From an uncultured Gemmatimonadales bacterium (lineage in GTDB: Bacteria; Gemmatimonadota; Gemmatimonadetes; Gemmatimonadales; GWC2-71-9), in contig CAWJCZ010000008.1 in the NCBI GenBank assembly GCA_963841505.1, forward strand, positions 519,175-583,174: DNA of 64,000 nucleotides, read 5' to 3'. Position 1 is the first letter of the stretch, and every line of letters begins with the position of its first letter. The notes under the pieces were generated by a model. That model had not been told where the DNA came from and did not search any database. It worked only from the letters and a program-made list of their open reading frames with translations. Below are positions 63,784-64,000 of this stretch, piece by piece. A program made the translations under genes and the position numbers.

Positions 63784-64000
63784 TCAGAAAGTGAATTGCA
63801 CCTGGAACAGGGCCTGGGACCGCACCGCCTCGAGCGCGGGGCTGGGAGTCCCGCCCTGATAGACGAGATGATCGAGGTCCGCGAGCACGCGCACGTTGGG
63901 GGCGAGTTGGTAGCCGACCCCACCGATCCAGCGGGTATTCGCATCGTTGTCGACCCGGGTGCTCGGATCGACCCGGTCCATTCGGGCGATGAGCTGCACT
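63784..64000 (-). CDS. Outer-membrane beta-barrel porin, C-terminal fragment (possibly phosphate-selective OprO/OprP-like); the gene runs off the right edge
   Basis: The C-terminus ...RSQALFQVQFTF has an alternating beta-strand pattern and a terminal Phe. It lies immediately upstream of pstS. Only about 70 residues are visible. Confidence 0.45.
   Translation of the reverse strand, partial: VQLIARMDRVDPSTRVDNDANTRWIGGVGYQLAPNVRVLADLDHLVYQGGTPSPALEAVRSQALFQVQFTF

Noticed and set aside
1-64000. Search for mobile elements, prophage, toxin-antitoxin or defence islands.
   Set aside because: No transposase, integrase, recombinase, restriction or Cas-like sequence was recognised. The nucleotidyltransferase-like gene at 36523 with a small overlapping ORF is the only TA-like hint and is too weak to call.

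Overview
High-GC (roughly two-thirds G+C by eye) bacterial chromosomal segment with about 50 protein genes, mostly on the minus strand. I recognised no rRNA, tRNA, CRISPR array, transposase, integrase or phage gene. The gene content includes two Ser/Thr-kinase/TolB-propeller fusions, many lipoproteins, a FecI/FecR/TonB transducer and BNR, GH38, sulfatase, M14 and M28 hydrolases. This fits a soil Gemmatimonadota/Acidobacteriota-like organism, but that is inference only. Recognisable blocks, left to right: (1) a peptide-type ABC binding protein divergent from two permeases; (2) an ECF sigma / FecR / STN-TonB receptor; (3) an MFS-BNR-ferritin-like-GH38 minus-strand run; (4) an AhpD/CMD-like gene; (5) an amidohydrolase plus amino-acid permease; (6) a form-II CoxS-L-M molybdoenzyme; (7) MscS, ClC, DinB, DUF819, sulfatase and SMP-30; (8) a XoxF-type PQQ dehydrogenase plus cytochrome c; (9) the two kinases with a PD40 lipoprotein; (10) M14 peptidase; (11) rhomboid-deoC-aldehyde dehydrogenase; (12) amidase, methyltransferase and M28; (13) a complete Pho operon (porin-pstS-C-A-B-B-phoU-ppx). 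Main second-look items: (a) an in-frame TGA lies exactly on the second Cys of the CxxC redox motif of the AhpD/CMD-like gene and is followed by an fdhF-like SECIS hairpin, so this is a probable selenoprotein. (b) A family of tandem octanucleotide repeats (GTCCGCCN / NGGCGGAC, plus a related YRTCCTCC variant) abuts TAG stop codons. It fills one intergenic region, sits in frame inside the M14 gene, replaces the expected start region of the GH38 gene and forms the linker of a two-domain aldehyde dehydrogenase. (c) A strand-polar 9-mer (CCTAACNCG on plus = CGNGTTAGG on minus) occurs 14:2 by my manual scan and is embedded in genes in several frames using rare codons. This suggests a Chi/KOPS-like architecture signal. 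(d) There are at least eight apparent single-base frameshifts in otherwise intact genes, three of them in xoxF. Most behave as +1 insertions in G runs, so assembly error must be excluded before calling pseudogenes. Many very long ORFs in the supplied track are antisense or out-of-frame shadow ORFs typical of high-GC DNA and were not called.
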